A stretch of DNA of 64,000 bases from Piromyces finnis finn (Eukaryota > Fungi > Neocallimastigomycota). Location: the NCBI GenBank assembly GCA_002104945.1, contig MCFH01000005.1, positions 558,001 through 622,000 of the forward strand, given 5' to 3'. Positions 29,332 through 43,998 of the stretch are shown in pieces. Under the pieces are notes generated by a model. It worked only from the letters and a program-made list of their open reading frames with translations. It was not told the DNA's origin and did no database searches. The number at the start of each line of letters is the position of its first letter. The stretch's first letter is position 1. Position numbers and translations under genes: made by a program.

Positions 29332-30994
29332 ATGACTGATATTTCTATCGAAATTCCATCTGTTGTTATGAACTCAAAGCAAAAGTTCAATCAAAGACTT
29401 ATTGTTAGTACAATATTAATTTCATTATTTTAAAATTTACTAATTTAAAATTCCTTATTTTCTTATCAATAAATTAAATATATATTTCAATTTATTAATA
29501 TTTTATTTTAAATATTCAATTTTATCAACATTTTAAGACTTCTATTACTCAAAAATTACGCAATTGCAAAATTGTTTCAAGTAAGTTTTAATAATGAAAC
29601 TAAAAATAAATTGAATGAATAACCAAAAAATTTGTATTAATTTTAAAATAATTATTAAATAAAATAGCTCCAGAAGATGTTAACAAAATAGTTAATTTAT
29701 TAAATGAAGGAAAAAATAGAGAACAACTTACTGAGGAAATTACTACAAGTAATTATACTTTTACAAAAATTCACATATATATGTAAAACATAAAATAAGT
29801 ATTAATAAATTTTTATATATTTTTTAAAAATTAGTGTTCGCTGATGATAAAGACAAAATTAAAAGTTCTTTTATTGATTGGCTAATTGGTTATTCTAATG
29901 CCTGCTGTAATAATTCAACTACCGAAATTGAAACTGAAGAATTAAAATCACCATCTATAATGAGTGAAAAAGCTTCTTCTATTAAGGAAAGAGCTGAAAA
30001 TAAGAGTAAAAGTAAAAGAAGAATTTCTCAATCTTCTCGTGTTCGCAGAAGTTTTATCGACAGTACACCACTTTCACCACCTCCTTCTCCACCAAGATCA
30101 AGCAAAGCTTCCTCTGTTTGCTCTAGTGATTATGAAAAGAGTCAAAAAAACATTTATCACCAAAAAAGATTATCTAGATCTGCAAACACTTTAGATTTAA
30201 CTAGTCAAGTTCAATCTGAAATAATGGCACAAACTTTAGCTCTTGCTGCAGCTGCAGCTGTTGATATTCAAATGAAGAGCGATAAGGATACCAAACGTGA
30301 ACGTAGAAGATCTGTTCGTTCAATTCAATCAATTCGTTCACGTAAAAGTAGTTTCTCAAGTGTAAAGGAAGAAGATACTTCCAGAATAAGATGTCAATAC
30401 TGGCCAACTTGTAACCGTGGTGACCAATGTAAATTCTGGCATCCAAAGGAATTATGTAAAAAGTTCCCTAATTGTCCAAATGGTGATAACTGTTTATTCA
30501 TTCACCCAGCTACAACCAACCCATCTAAGCCACAATCACCATATCATAGAAGAGTTTCTCAATCTAGCACTACTCCACCAGATCTTTCATCATCAAATGA
30601 ACGTGTTGCTGTTGAATGTAAATATGGTTCTAATTGTACTCGTGTAGATTGTAAATTCTCTCACCCAAGTCCAGCTGTTGCAAAGTTAAACAAGCAACAA
30701 AGTAAGACTGCTGCTGCTTCTGAATCTAAGAATTCAAAGTCCAATGTTCCATGTCATTACTATCCAAACTGCAAAAATGCTGATTGCCCATACATGCATC
30801 CAAATTCTACTCCAAAGAATGAATCTGTTAACGTTGCTGTAAGTTTTTATTTTGTGTATTAATTTTAATTATTATACCTTTAATAGCAATTAATAAATTA
30901 AAAATTATTATTTTTTATATAACAGTGTCGCTATGGTTCAGCTTGCACTAGACAAGACTGTCATTTCCTTCATCCAGGCAATAGAAGAGTTTAG
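29332..30994 (+). CDS. NAB2: Nab2/ZC3H14-like poly(A)-RNA-binding protein (N-terminal PWI-like domain + 5 CCCH fingers), 5 exons
   Basis: Small exons give MTDISIEIP../TSITQKLRN../PEDVNKIVNLLNEGKNREQLTEEI../MFADD..SSFIDWL. Fingers: CQYWPTCNRGDQCKFWHP, CKKFPNCPNGDNCLFIHP, CKYGSNCTRVDCKFSHP, CHYYPNCKNADCPYMHP, and last exon CRYGSACTRQDCHFLHP; TAG at 30992-30994. Confidence 0.85.
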
Positions 30995-31743
30995 GTTAAC
31001 ATATTAAAAATATTGACTAACATAAATTAACAATTTATATATACATATCATTTTTCTTTTTTTTTCAAAAAAATAACTCTTTTAAAAAATTTCTTTAGAA
31101 AACTAAATAGAAAGATAATTAAAAAAATTGAAAGAAGTAAAAATTTCAAATAGATAAATTATCTTCATTGATATATTTAGGAAAATATATATATAAGACA
31201 ATAGATTATTACAATATAAAATTATTCATATTACAATAAAATTTATAACTTCTTTAAAAAAAATTATAAAACTTCATTGATAAATCGATAATTAGTAATA
31301 ATTTATTTAAAAAGAAAATAAATTAATAATATGAAATCAGTATTATTAATAAAAGAAAATTAAAAAAAAATAAACAACTATTAAAATAAACAACAAAAGG
31401 AAAACAAAAACAAAAACAAAAAACAAAACAAAAAAAAATGAAAAAATAAAAACAATAGAATTAAAAAATAGATTTTAAGTAAAATAAAATAAAACACAAT
31501 TAAAATAAAACAACAAAATAAAAAACTAAAAATTAAATTAAAACCAAGCAAAATAAGAATATAAAAATAAATATCAATTATATTTTAATATACATTGTAT
31601 ATTTAAAATATATTAATATTAATAAATATCAAAATGAAAATAAAACTAAACATTATTAATAATAAATTTAATCAATTTAATAGTAATTTGTAATATTAAA
31701 TTTTTAATTTTTATAAAAAAAATTGATAGAAATAGAAATTAGT

Positions 31744-31783
<40 letters not shown>

Positions 31784-33395
31784 TTATATAAATTAAATAA
31801 TATTAAGTTATTTTTTATTTAGAAACATACATTTTTATATTTATACAAATATAGTATTAATAGTTTTTATAATAAATTGATTGCGATATTTAAATCAATA
31901 TTATAGTCTAATATTGTAAAATAGAAAGTAAATTAAAAAGATTAGTTTAATTTTTTAGTTTATTAATACTACAATAAATATTGTTTTGTTTTTCCTTTAA
32001 TTTAGTAGAATATTGTAAATTTCAGTAAAGCAATATATCAGTAAACTAAATTAATGACAAAAAAAAAGTTGTTTATTAAAAATTTTTTTTATTTTCTTTC
32101 TATTAATAACTAAAATATTATTTATATAATTATTTTTATAATATAAAAGGAGAAAATATTACTTCTTTTTATTTATTTTTCTTTTTAATTAATTACTAAT
32201 TATAATTTTTTTTTTCTTTTTTTTTTTTTTTGAGTTTATTGTGTTTAAGATAAAATTATATAGGAGCTTATTTAATTGTTAAATTACATATTTATTTATT
32301 AGTATATTCTAAATTTTAAAATTTATAATTTTTAATTACATCTTGTTATTATAAATATTCTTATGTTACTAAAACAATGTTATTGTTATAAATAAATAAG
32401 GTATAAGAGTAAGAATATTATTATTATTTATTATTATAGTAGTTCGTAGTTGTTTATTCTTGATATTTTATTAAATTAATTAAATATATAAAAGGTTAAA
32501 AAGTCATAACCATCATCATTTCCAATTGATATAATATTTTCAAACATATAAAAACTAGTTTCGTTTCATGAATAAATTGGCATCTCATTTTCATTTTTTT
32601 TTTTTTTTATTGAATAAAAATATAATATAAAAAAAAATTTAGTAAATTACTTATTTGCACATATATGCAAATATAAGCATTTTATATTTATTTAAAATAA
32701 AAAGTATAATAAATTAAAATTTTTAAGAGATTTTTTTTATTTTTACTTTTAATACATTTATTGGTGGATCATAATTTTATTTCCATAAAGTTAGTGTAAC
32801 ATATAAATACTATAACATGAAAATTTTGAAATTTTGTAATGGCTAATATAATCTACATTATAATAAGTTTTTATTTTTAATTCATGTATAAAAATTTTTA
32901 ACACTATCTACATTTATTAATTATTAAAGTTTACATTTATTATTATAAATATTAAAAAGAAAGGTAAATAAACTTATTTAACTAAAATAAAAAAAATATA
33001 TTTTTAAGAGTAATAAATTATTAAATATAAATACTAATCAATAAACAATTTAATAATTTATTAAATAAATAAAATAGTATAACAAAAGAGAAAGGAATAA
33101 AAGCAAAACAATTAATACATAAAAACATGTATAATAATAAAATTAATATATTAAAATAATAGAATTTCAGTAAAAGTTTTTTTTTTTCAATTTGTGTAAA
33201 TTTTTTTTCTTAAAAAATACAGTATAAAAGGTAAGTTAATTTTAGTTTTATTTATTTAATTATATATTCAATAAATATACTCTCAACGAGTGTAATGTTA
33301 ATTATATAATTATTCTATATATAATTCTATTATAAAATAAAAATAAAATGAATAATAAACAAATAATTCTATAAATAAAAATATAAAAGCTATAA

Positions 33396-36300
33396 ATGGA
33401 TAATGATTTATTAAATAATTCAATTTATGGATTCAAAAATGAAGAAAATTTCTTAATAGAAAAGACCAAAAAAAGTTTTTGGTCTTCAGATAAAGAGGAT
33501 AATCAAGCTTTATTTAAAAAAGAAAAAGAATTTCTTCAAAGTTATACAGATATACCTAAGCAATTACTAAATAATGTGGCCAATCGTTTAGTCAATACAA
33601 CAGATGGTCTAGTTATTTCAATGTCTATGCCACCAACAGTCACAAAAGCATTATCACAAGTAAAAAATGCATGTCCTTGGCATATTAGTATTTCATACGA
33701 TAAAAATTATTTAGCAATATTACAAGATGACTCTATTGTTATTGTTTCTAAAGAATTAGATTATGATTTTAGAAGTCAAAAAGTAATAAAGATTGATACA
33801 GATCCATTTTCAAGTTGGAGAACTATTGCTTGGTCATTAGATTCTTCACTTATTGCTATATCTTATAGTCACGGTCAAATTAAAATATATAGATTATCAG
33901 ATTCAAAATTAATTTATATAATTCAACCAAAAAATCATATAAAAAAGACAAATAGTAACCAGGAAGGAGAGCATATTCTATTAAATAAAAATACTTTTAA
34001 TCAAAATAATAATTCAAAAATTGGAATAATTGATCCTGCAGTATCATTGCAATTCATTGATCCAAAAAGAGGGAAATCAACACCTACTTCTTATAATGGT
34101 AAAATATATAGTTATGAAATTTTAGTAATTAATCATGCTGGTACATTGAGAAGTTATTTATTTAATGTTGATTCATCAAATAGTAATCCAATTACTATAC
34201 CAAGAGAAGGTCAAAGTCAAGACAAACAAATTACTTTTTACCATAAATTCTCATTTAAACCATGGTTAAATATTGTAGTTACTTCTGTTGTTGATTTAGA
34301 AAATAATTTACTATATTTAGGTGGTATAAATAAAGATACTTCATCATCAGATGTCGATGGTAATTTAAATGATGATGAACAAAAACAGAGCCTGGTATCT
34401 AATAATCCAGATGACACCTCATTCATTATCTGGAAGTTAACTTCATCTCTCCCATATTATATTAAATACAACAGCGATGAAAAATCTGAATATTTCAATT
34501 CAACAAAAAAATTAAAAAGTTCTCGTCAAACTAAATGGGGTGTTGTTAAAGACTACTTTCTTAAATGGAGACACTCAACCTTTGTAGATAATATTATTCA
34601 CACTTTAGCTCTATCACCAAATAAAGAATTCTTACTTTCTCTTGATTTTTCTGGTACTGTCAATTTATGGAGAGTAAAAAATGAAAAATTAATTAAATCC
34701 ATGACAGCTGATGATTTACGTCCATTGCTACATAATTTCGCTAAAAATATTAAAAATAAAAATATTAATTCAAATTCAGTAAATGCCACTATAGCAGAAG
34801 AAAATGTTACAAAAATTGTTCCATGTGCTATATCTTGGTGGTCTGATTCAAGTATTGTTTTATCATTTAACAATGGTTGGGTTGGTGTAATCAATTTATC
34901 CAATATGAATAATATTTTAGGTGATCAAATGGAATTATTTAATGCAAACCCAATTGTTACTAATGTACCAGGTGAAAATATTATCATTTTATCTTATTCT
35001 GTAAAATCAAAAAAAGTTAGAGTAGGTGGTGGATCATATATTGAAGAAGATGAAGAAGATGAAAAAGATGAAGAAAATGAAGAAGATTCTTTACTTATTA
35101 AGGTTATGGAAAATGTAATTATTAATCCTCTTAGTCGCTTTACTGATACATTTTTATGGCATTTTGATAATAGTAATTCACTAATACCAAAAAAGGAATA
35201 TTTAAATTTAATTGAAAGACAATATTCCTTATTCATATTAACTAATACACCTCCTGTTGAAATATTCTATCATTGTATTGGTAACATGGATTTTACTGGC
35301 GCTCTCGATTTAGCTAAAAAATATGATTTAGATACTGATTACGTTTACCAAGCTCAATGGCTTAGTAATAATGTATCAGAAAAAACAATTTCAGATTATC
35401 TAAGCAAAATTAATAATACTATTTGGGTAATTGAAAATTGTTTAGATAGAATTCCATCTACTCCAGAAGATTTATTACTATTGATTGAATATGGTTTAAA
35501 ATTAACTAACCTAGAATATGAAGTTTTAAACGATCCATTATTCTCATCTAAAAGAATTCGATCTATGTCAATTGATGACTACAAAAAATTTGATTCAGAA
35601 AATTTAAAACAAAATAAGACAAATGATTATACAGATAATCTCCAAGTTCCTTCAATGAATAATTCACATTCTTTACTTTCACCAAGAAAAAAATATGCTC
35701 TTTCACACAGTAATTCCTACAACCTTTTACTAAATTCATCTACTCCTGAAGATGATATCAGTACCACTTCTAATAATAATATAACTGATGATTTCAAGCA
35801 AGCTGTTTCTCTCAACGATATCTCATCAAGCTCAGATTCAGATGATTCATTGAAACCAAACTATAATTGTGATATTTGTTTCTATCGCTTATTCTTATTA
35901 AAATACTTGGATAGATTAAAGACTTATGAAGAAATTATGGATTTAGGTAACACTCATGAATTAAGAGAAACTTTTTCAATTGAATTCGCAAAATTCCGTG
36001 ATGTTAATTTAGTATTGCAATGTATGCTTTATGCCATCGATGAAAAATTTGATGAATTAAGAGTTTTATTTACTCGTCATACCGAAGAAATTTTACCTTA
36101 TAGAATGAATATTTTAGAATATATTCCTGAAGCCGTTAGTCCAAACATTTACGAGTTTTTATTACCAGAAATTGAAAACACTCCAAGATATAATATTACT
36201 ACTGAAACCGAAGATAATTCAGGCGAAAAGTTATGGATTAATAATCCTTGGAGAAATAATCCTGATTGGGTAGAATCCAGTAATATTAAAACAGTAATTC

Positions 36301-39300
36301 AATGGGAAGAAGATGTTCCAGAAGATGCTGAACCATTCGTTAACATTAAATTAAATGACTATCCTGCTAATACAGATACTATCACTCAATGGTATATTAA
36401 CAGAGCTCGTTCTATTGAAAAGAATACTGGTTTAATCCGCAATGCTCTCGATTTAATTCGAATTGGTATTGATAAAAATGTCCCAAATTTAGAAAGTATG
36501 TATGAAGATCTTATTACTCTTTCTTCCCTTGTCTATGATTGTTTCACTATCAGCGGTAGCAATGTTATTGAGATTGATCTTGAAATCTTGGAAAAATTAA
36601 ATGAGCAAGAAATTGTCAACTTATTTATGAAAGAAACAAACTCAAAAAGAGTAGTAGATGATGTAAAGAAATTTGTTTTACCATACTTGGAGCGTCTTGT
36701 ACAAAGGTGGAGAAGAAATAATGTTTATGATAATCCAATTGATCTCTTATCTAATTATTTAAGAAGCATCGCAAAGGATCATATTGAATGGTGTTGTCTT
36801 ATAGTAGAAGCCTCCCACCCAGTAATTCCAGTAGAGCAACGTATTATCAAATATGATATTTTACTTTCACATTTGATTGTTGATTGTTCCTACTTAAATG
36901 AAGAAGAAAATAATCTTCAATATATCCGTAGAATGTTTAATTGTATCCCTGCTCTAGATTCAGAAATGTATCAAGACATGAATGATGTTATTCAGCAAGA
37001 AATTGAAGAATTAGATGATATTATTGATAGATTTGATGATCACTTAGCTTCTCTAGAATTATTAGAAAAATATGAAATATGCCCTCCTTTAAGTTGGTTT
37101 AATAAAGCATCTGGTAATTCCGAAATTCAACGTTCTCTCTTATTAAAGCTAACAAGAAAAGTAAGTACCGATGTTGACTTATCAAAAATGACTTTATTTG
37201 AAATGAATAATCCAAAGAATAAGAAATATCAAGAATGGGAAACTCTTTGGGATGATATTTTAACATTGAGAGAATATGGTGTTTTAGATGATATCCCAAT
37301 TAAAGAAATTCAAGCTGATTTTGTTACAGCATTATTAAATGGTGGTCAATTTGCTTTAGCTAAACAAACCATCTTTGATAAAGATGAAAATGATTATATT
37401 TTACCTCACTCCATAATTGAAAAGTTAGTTATTGATGCTTCCCAAGAATTCTTTGATAATTCTGAATCTGGTTCTGCTAAGCATGGTTCTATGTTATTAG
37501 CTAGAGAATGGTACTTTTATATATTAATAATAATTATAATAATTTTTTTTTAAATAACTTGATAAGCTATATTTCGTTATTCCAACACAAATACTAACTC
37601 TTTTATATATATATATTAATAATTTTATATTTATATATAAATTAATACAATTATAAATAATCCAGTCTTCAAATTATTGATCCAACACCAGCTATAAATG
37701 AAGAATTGGATTTAATTGATGCTGTTGATATTTTAAATCAATATAAATTAAAAATAAAATCAAATTCAGATATTCCAATTTTGCCCATTCAGGTTAGAAT
37801 GTGTGAGAATCGTTTAGATTTTATACAAAAAATTCTTAATTTAGATACCAATGATTATACAAAAACTGGAAAATTACTTGATCTTTCAAAAAAATTATTA
37901 GGCCAAAAATTTAACATTATTCAAGAAGCTAAGATTAAAGCAATGATTGGTCATGCTGCTATTAATCATAATAATTTCTTATTTGCTTATGAAACTTGTA
38001 AATCAATTATCAATATCGAAAATGATATTTCTGAAGCTAATCCAGAAATTTGGAAGTTATTTTATCGCTTAGCTATATCCCCAGAATTTAATAATATTCC
38101 AGCTAAAATTGTATTAATTGGACATGCATTATCTTTATGTCCACCAGAAAAAATTACTGATATATTAGCTTATTCAAGAAAATTAGAAGCTGAACAATTA
38201 TTGGCCACAGCTATGGACTACACTAATGTTAACATTACCGACACAGAATCAGAATCTATATTATCACATGCTTCTTCCATTAAGAAATCGGTTCGTAGTT
38301 TTGAGGATGATGAAATATATGGAAAGAATTGTACTACCATTATTAAGCATCCATTTTATAATCAATCTTTAGAAACTGAACTATCTTATGATTATGGATT
38401 CTATGAAACTTCAAACGAACGTTTCGATTATGTCGTTAATAATAATTTAAATAATAATTTATTGAAAAAATCTTATAAACATCAAATCTTAAGTAATATA
38501 TTTATCAGATTAGAACAGATAAGAAAGTCTAATATCATTGATAATGAATTATTCAATAGATATACTCTAATTAATAATGATGATATAAGAAAATTAGCAT
38601 TAGATTATTTCACAATGGATTCTGAAATGACAATTGCATGTCTTTTCGATTTAAATGAGGATGATGAAATTGACCAATTCTTTAATAAGATCCATCCTTC
38701 TATTTACAGAGAACAATTTGCATGCTACTTTTTCGCTTTAAGATGCTTATATTCATGGTTAAGTTATGAGAATCCAGATATGAATAGAGTATTACATCAA
38801 TATCATCCAAAATCTTTAATTGCTGCATTAAATGATATTGTTGATATTTATGAAAATGACCAAGATGATATTGATGAAACGGGTGTAATAATTTATAATG
38901 AAGCTTTAAAGGCTAAACATTACGCATCTTTATTAAAAGAAAAAAGACAAGAATACATCTTCCAAAACTTCTTTAATGAAAATTTCATTAATCAAGATAA
39001 ATTTAACTCCGATGAAATCTACAGAGAACGTACATTAGAAAATTTGATATGTACTACAAATTCAGAAAAAATAGAAAATATATTATTATTATGTGGAAAA
39101 TACAATATACCTACTGAAAGAATGATGCTTTATCATATTAAATGGGTATTTACTACCACCTCAATAAAACAATCTGAAATTGAAAAGTGCCTTTTGTCTT
39201 GTCGTGAAGTCGTTAAATATTATCCAAATGATGTTATTAATACCTTTAACGAATTACATGAAAATATTAATGGAAATGACATTCTTAAATTAATACAATT

Positions 39301-42300
39301 CTATAAATTTGACTTACAAGCATTAAATAATACAGTGGAAGAACATAATAAACAAATGCAACAAAATATTGAAAACAGAATAAAATTATTATCAGCATTC
39401 TATGCTATAGAAACTTCTATTGTTTTCAACATCAAAGAAGCTATTAATGCCTTATATTCTGGCCCTGAAAATATGAAAAAATTTTTAGCCCCACTTTTAA
39501 CTGAAAAAAATATTAATGATATTGTTGTAATAATGCCAGCAGTTTTCGAAGTTCAAGCAATATTTTCTTTCAAAGATGAAGAAAAATATAAGGATAAAAA
39601 TAGTATCACAATGAATGAAGAAGAAATTAAAAGTATATGCTACAATTCATTGATTTTATCTATGATTCAAAATGAAGATGGAGTAGTAGATGGATCACTT
39701 TTAACTAAATCTATTCCAAAAATTGAAAAATTACTAAGTAATTTATCTTATTCAGATTTATTATTATTTATCACAAACACTACCACTGGTAAAGAATCTA
39801 AGAATCTAAGCATAGAATCAAGAATTACATTACTTGATATTGCTTTATCTTATTTGCAAAAAGAGAATAATGATAAAGTCATTGATATAATTTCCATATT
39901 AGAAGATATTCACTCCCATTTAGATTTAATTCTTTTATTTAAAAAGTTATGGGATCCAAATCTTAAGGAATACATTAGTCATGAATGGTGTGAAGAATTT
40001 GAAAATATTTATAATCAACCCGAAGAAGTTCCATTAAATATTTGTTCAAGAATGTTAGTTCAAGGTATTTCACCATACCTAATTTACCAAACCTCTGTCA
40101 TCTTACAAAATAGATACAAATATATGGCCATGACAAAAGATGAAGAAGTTAATTCTGAAACATTCGATTTACTGAACATATACACCAAAACCTTGGATAC
40201 CATTATTATGACCAAAGATACCTATCCTTTAAGAGCTTTAGGACTTAATACAAGTGAAGCCCTATTTGAAGATATATTAGATTGGATTATATATACCACA
40301 ATTTCATATGATATACAAGATATGGAAGATAAGAAATGGAGTGAAATATTAAATAATGGTATTTTTGAATATCTTAAGAATGTTATTGCAAATACCGAAT
40401 CAAATCATTCTCTTTCGAATGAAAAGCGAAGAAAACTTATTGAAATATTTAACAGACAATTCCAATCCAAAATTAGTGCGAATACAAATATTACAAATAT
40501 ATTACAATCATCTAAAATTCAATGTATATTACGTGATAATTGGAATGCTGAACGTTCTGTAGAAGAATTAAATGATGAAGCAAAATATGTTGAAATCATA
40601 ACATACCTACTTGATAATAGTCAAACTGTCAGTCATATCAATGCTATTACCGATATTCTTAATGAATGGATGTTTAATAGTCAAAATGATGCTGATAAAG
40701 CAGTTAAAAATACTGAAGAAATATCTGAGATCTTACAAGAATGTTGGAAATTATTTATTCTCTGGATGATTGATCATCAATATTATCAAAAACTTTTCTA
40801 CTTAAGATTAAAATACATAAAGTATGATCTTCTAGGTTCAAAGGTAATTTGATACAGTATAATAATAAATATATTTAATATTTAATTCAAAAATTAGTTG
40901 CTAAAAATATATATTATTATATATTATTTTTGTTCTTATATAATAATAGAATGAAAAGGATATTTTAGACTATTTAAAAAAGAATTCTAAGAATTATATT
41001 TACTATCTTCAAAATGTAATGTTAACAAAAGAAAGCGCCAAAATTAATTCAGTTATTCCAGATATTTTAAAATTATTAGATGCTGAAAAAAATAACAAGA
41101 AAATAGTCTTCAAAAAAAAAAGAGTTTCTTTACAACCACAAGAATTAGAATCAGGTAATATAAACAATGATTGGAATATACCAAAAAGAAAATCAAATAC
41201 TTTTGGTGATAATTATAAGAATAATGATAATACAAATGATTGGGAAGTCCCTCTTGACTTAAATACACCAATGCAAGAAGTTATACCTGAAATCACTAAT
41301 AAGCAAAATGTTAATGGTTGGGATGTTCCACTTGACCTTGATATTCCAATACCAGAATCAAAGACAACCGAAATTAAACCAGGAAATGAAGTTAATGGTT
41401 GGGATGTTCCACTCGACCTTGACATCTCAATGCCAGAACCAGAACCAGAAGTTAAAGCGACAGATATTGTTAATGGTTGGGATGTTCCACTTGATCTTAA
41501 TATTCCAATTCCAGAATCAAAGACAACCGAAATTAAATCTGAAAATGAAGCCAATGGTTGGGATGTTCCACTTGACCTTGATATTCCAATTCCAGAATCA
41601 AAGACAACCGAAATTAAATCTGAAAATGAAGCAAATGGTTGGGATATTCCACTTGACCTTAATATTCCAATTCCAGAATCAAATCCTACCGAAATTAAAT
41701 CTGAAAATGAAGCCAATGGTTGGGATGTTCCACTTGACCTTGATATTCCAATTCCAGAATCAAAGACAACCGAAATTAAATCTGAAAATGAAGCCAATGG
41801 TTGGGATGTTCCACTTAACCTTGATGTTTCATTACCAGAATCAAATCCTACCGAAATTAAACCTGAAAATGAAGCCAATGGTTGGGATGTTCCACTTGAT
41901 TTTGATGTTTCATTACCAGAATCAAATCCTACCGAAATTAAACCTGAAAATAAAGCCAATGGTTGGGATGTTCCACTTGACCTTGATATTCCAATTCCAG
42001 AATCAAAGACAACCGGAATTAAATCTGAAAATGAAGCCAATGGTTGGGATGTTCCACTTAACCTTGATGTTTCATTACCAGAATCAAATCCTACTGAAAT
42101 TAAACCTGAAAGTGAAACCAACGGTTGGGATGTTCCACTTGACCTTGATGTTTCATTACCAGAATCTGAATCTAAAGAAAAAGAAAAACCAACCAACGAA
42201 TCTACTGTAGAAGAAATGGCTAATGATTGGAGTATTCCATTAGATATGAATATTGAAAATATACCATTATCTTCTTCACCTAAAAAAGAATTTAATGATT

Positions 42301-42941
42301 GGGGTCAAAATGAAAATTTATCAAAACCTGAAATAAAATCTCCAGAAGAAAAGAGCTCGGAAATGGATAAAATTATGCCATTACCTGATGAATATATGCA
42401 AATTCTTGAAACAATTAAGTCAGACCGTAATTTACATATTCTTATTTGCTCACGTGGTTTTATTAGTCAATTCATACCATCATCATTATTTACATCACTC
42501 GTACAAAGCGTACTAACACCAATTTCTCTCACTCAATCACAACAAAAAGTAAATCATACCATGATAAGTCATAAATTCTCAGAATATCATAACCTTTTAA
42601 GTTATATTGTTTCATCACTTGTTTTAAATGGATTTATAAATGAAGCCGTTAGATTAGTCTATTTCTATATGAATAATAATGATAATAAAGAACAAGAAAT
42701 CCATACCAGTCTTCTACATCGTTATAGATTATTGAAATCTTTTCTTAAAAAAATGCATGTTAAAATTAGTGATCATATTAAAACTCAAACAAATTATCAT
42801 AATGATCCCAATGTATTTTTACGTTTAAACGATCAACCACAAAGTATTGAAAATGCAATTATTCATGAATATATGAATTTGAAACAAATTAAGAAAGAAA
42901 TTGAAAAAGCAATTGAATTTATTGAACAATCTTTAATTTAA
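33396..42941 (+). CDS. SEC39: Sec39/NBAS subunit of the Dsl1/NRZ ER-tethering complex, about 3,094 aa, 3 exons (33396-37510, 37666-40843, 40950-42941)
   Basis: Three large ORFs splice in frame (phases checked: TG|T gives Cys; TCAAAG|AATGAAAAG). N-terminal beta-propeller-like region (WRTIAWSLDS, LALSPNKEFLL, ISWWSD), then ALDLAKKYDLDTDYVYQAQW, LFTRHTEEILPYRMNILEYIPE, TQWYINRARSIEKNTG, ALLNGGQFALAK, ASQEFFDNSESG, LPIQVR: typical NBAS/Sec39 motifs. Confidence 0.88.
41230..42250 (+). repeat. Coding tandem repeat, 81-bp (27-aa) unit NGWDVPLDLDIPIPESKTTEIKSENEA; 11 GWD copies plus degenerate flanking copies
   Basis: Directly visible aatggttgggatgttccacttgacctt repeats at about 81-nt spacing, with two alternating subtypes (..DIPIPESKTT.. 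and ..DVSLPESNPT..). Confidence 0.95.
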
Positions 42942-43102
42942 AAATAAAAAATAAAAAAATAAATAAATAAAAATAATAAAATAATAAAAGTAATATTATA
43001 TATTAAAATAAAAATTATATCACTTTTCTTTTTATTCATATTAAATACATTAATATATTAATCGCTTTTATCTTAAACATATTATCGTTAAGATAAAACT
43101 CT

Positions 43103-43139
<37 letters not shown>

Positions 43140-43192
43140 AAATTAATAAATTATTAATAAATAATAAATAACAAGAAGAAGAAAAAGAAGAA

Positions 43193-43225
<33 letters not shown>

Positions 43226-43678
43226 TAATAATAATTTAGATATGATACTCATAAATATACAAAATTAAAAATCATAACAATATTATTAATTTTTTATTAT
43301 TATAACAATAACTTATATAACTTATTAAATTTTGATTCTTACTATTAAATAAAAATAAAAATAAAAATGAAAATATATATGTATTATAACTTTATAAGCA
43401 AATAAAAAAAAAAAAAAAATTAAAAATTTCTTTTTATTATATTTATTAATCTTCATCAGAATATGTGAAGAAAGTGTTAAATGTTAAATATATTGAAACA
43501 TATAAGTCACATTGTAAATATATATATATGCAACATGTATTTATTTTACACTAGTAATTTTGTAACTTTTTAATATAAGTTAATTCTTAATAATAACATA
43601 AGTATTTATAAAGCTGTAATAATCATAAACTCTTTATTAGTGTATGATTCTTACAGCTTTATTATTTTTAATATAAAT

Positions 43679-43709
<31 letters not shown>

Positions 43710-43998
43710 TTTCATTTAATTTATATAAATTAATTTTTCATTTAATACTACATTTTATTAACATATATTAACAAATTAAAAGTAAAATTTAAATAGTCAA
43801 TATGCTTTAAAGAAATAAATAATAAGAAGGAAGAAAGAAAAAGTTATTAAAACAAACTCGAGCATATTAAAATTAATAATAATAATAATAATAACAAGTA
43901 ACAATAATAATAGTTAAAATATTAAAACAAAATTAAATAACAAAAAGAGATTACTTTAAAAAAAAATATAAAAAAGAAATAAATACAAAAATAAAAAA

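Noticed and set aside
41213-42210. 327-aa antisense ORF and 300-aa alternative-frame ORF over the SEC39 repeat
   Set aside because: A stop-free 81-bp unit repeated in tandem keeps several frames open automatically; both end at the array edges.
41230-42250. Regularly spaced repeats as a possible CRISPR array, or WDVP as an Atg8-interacting motif
   Set aside because: The units are an in-frame coding tandem without unique spacers, in a eukaryote. W-D-V-P has Pro at position 4 and does not fit W-x-x-[LIV].
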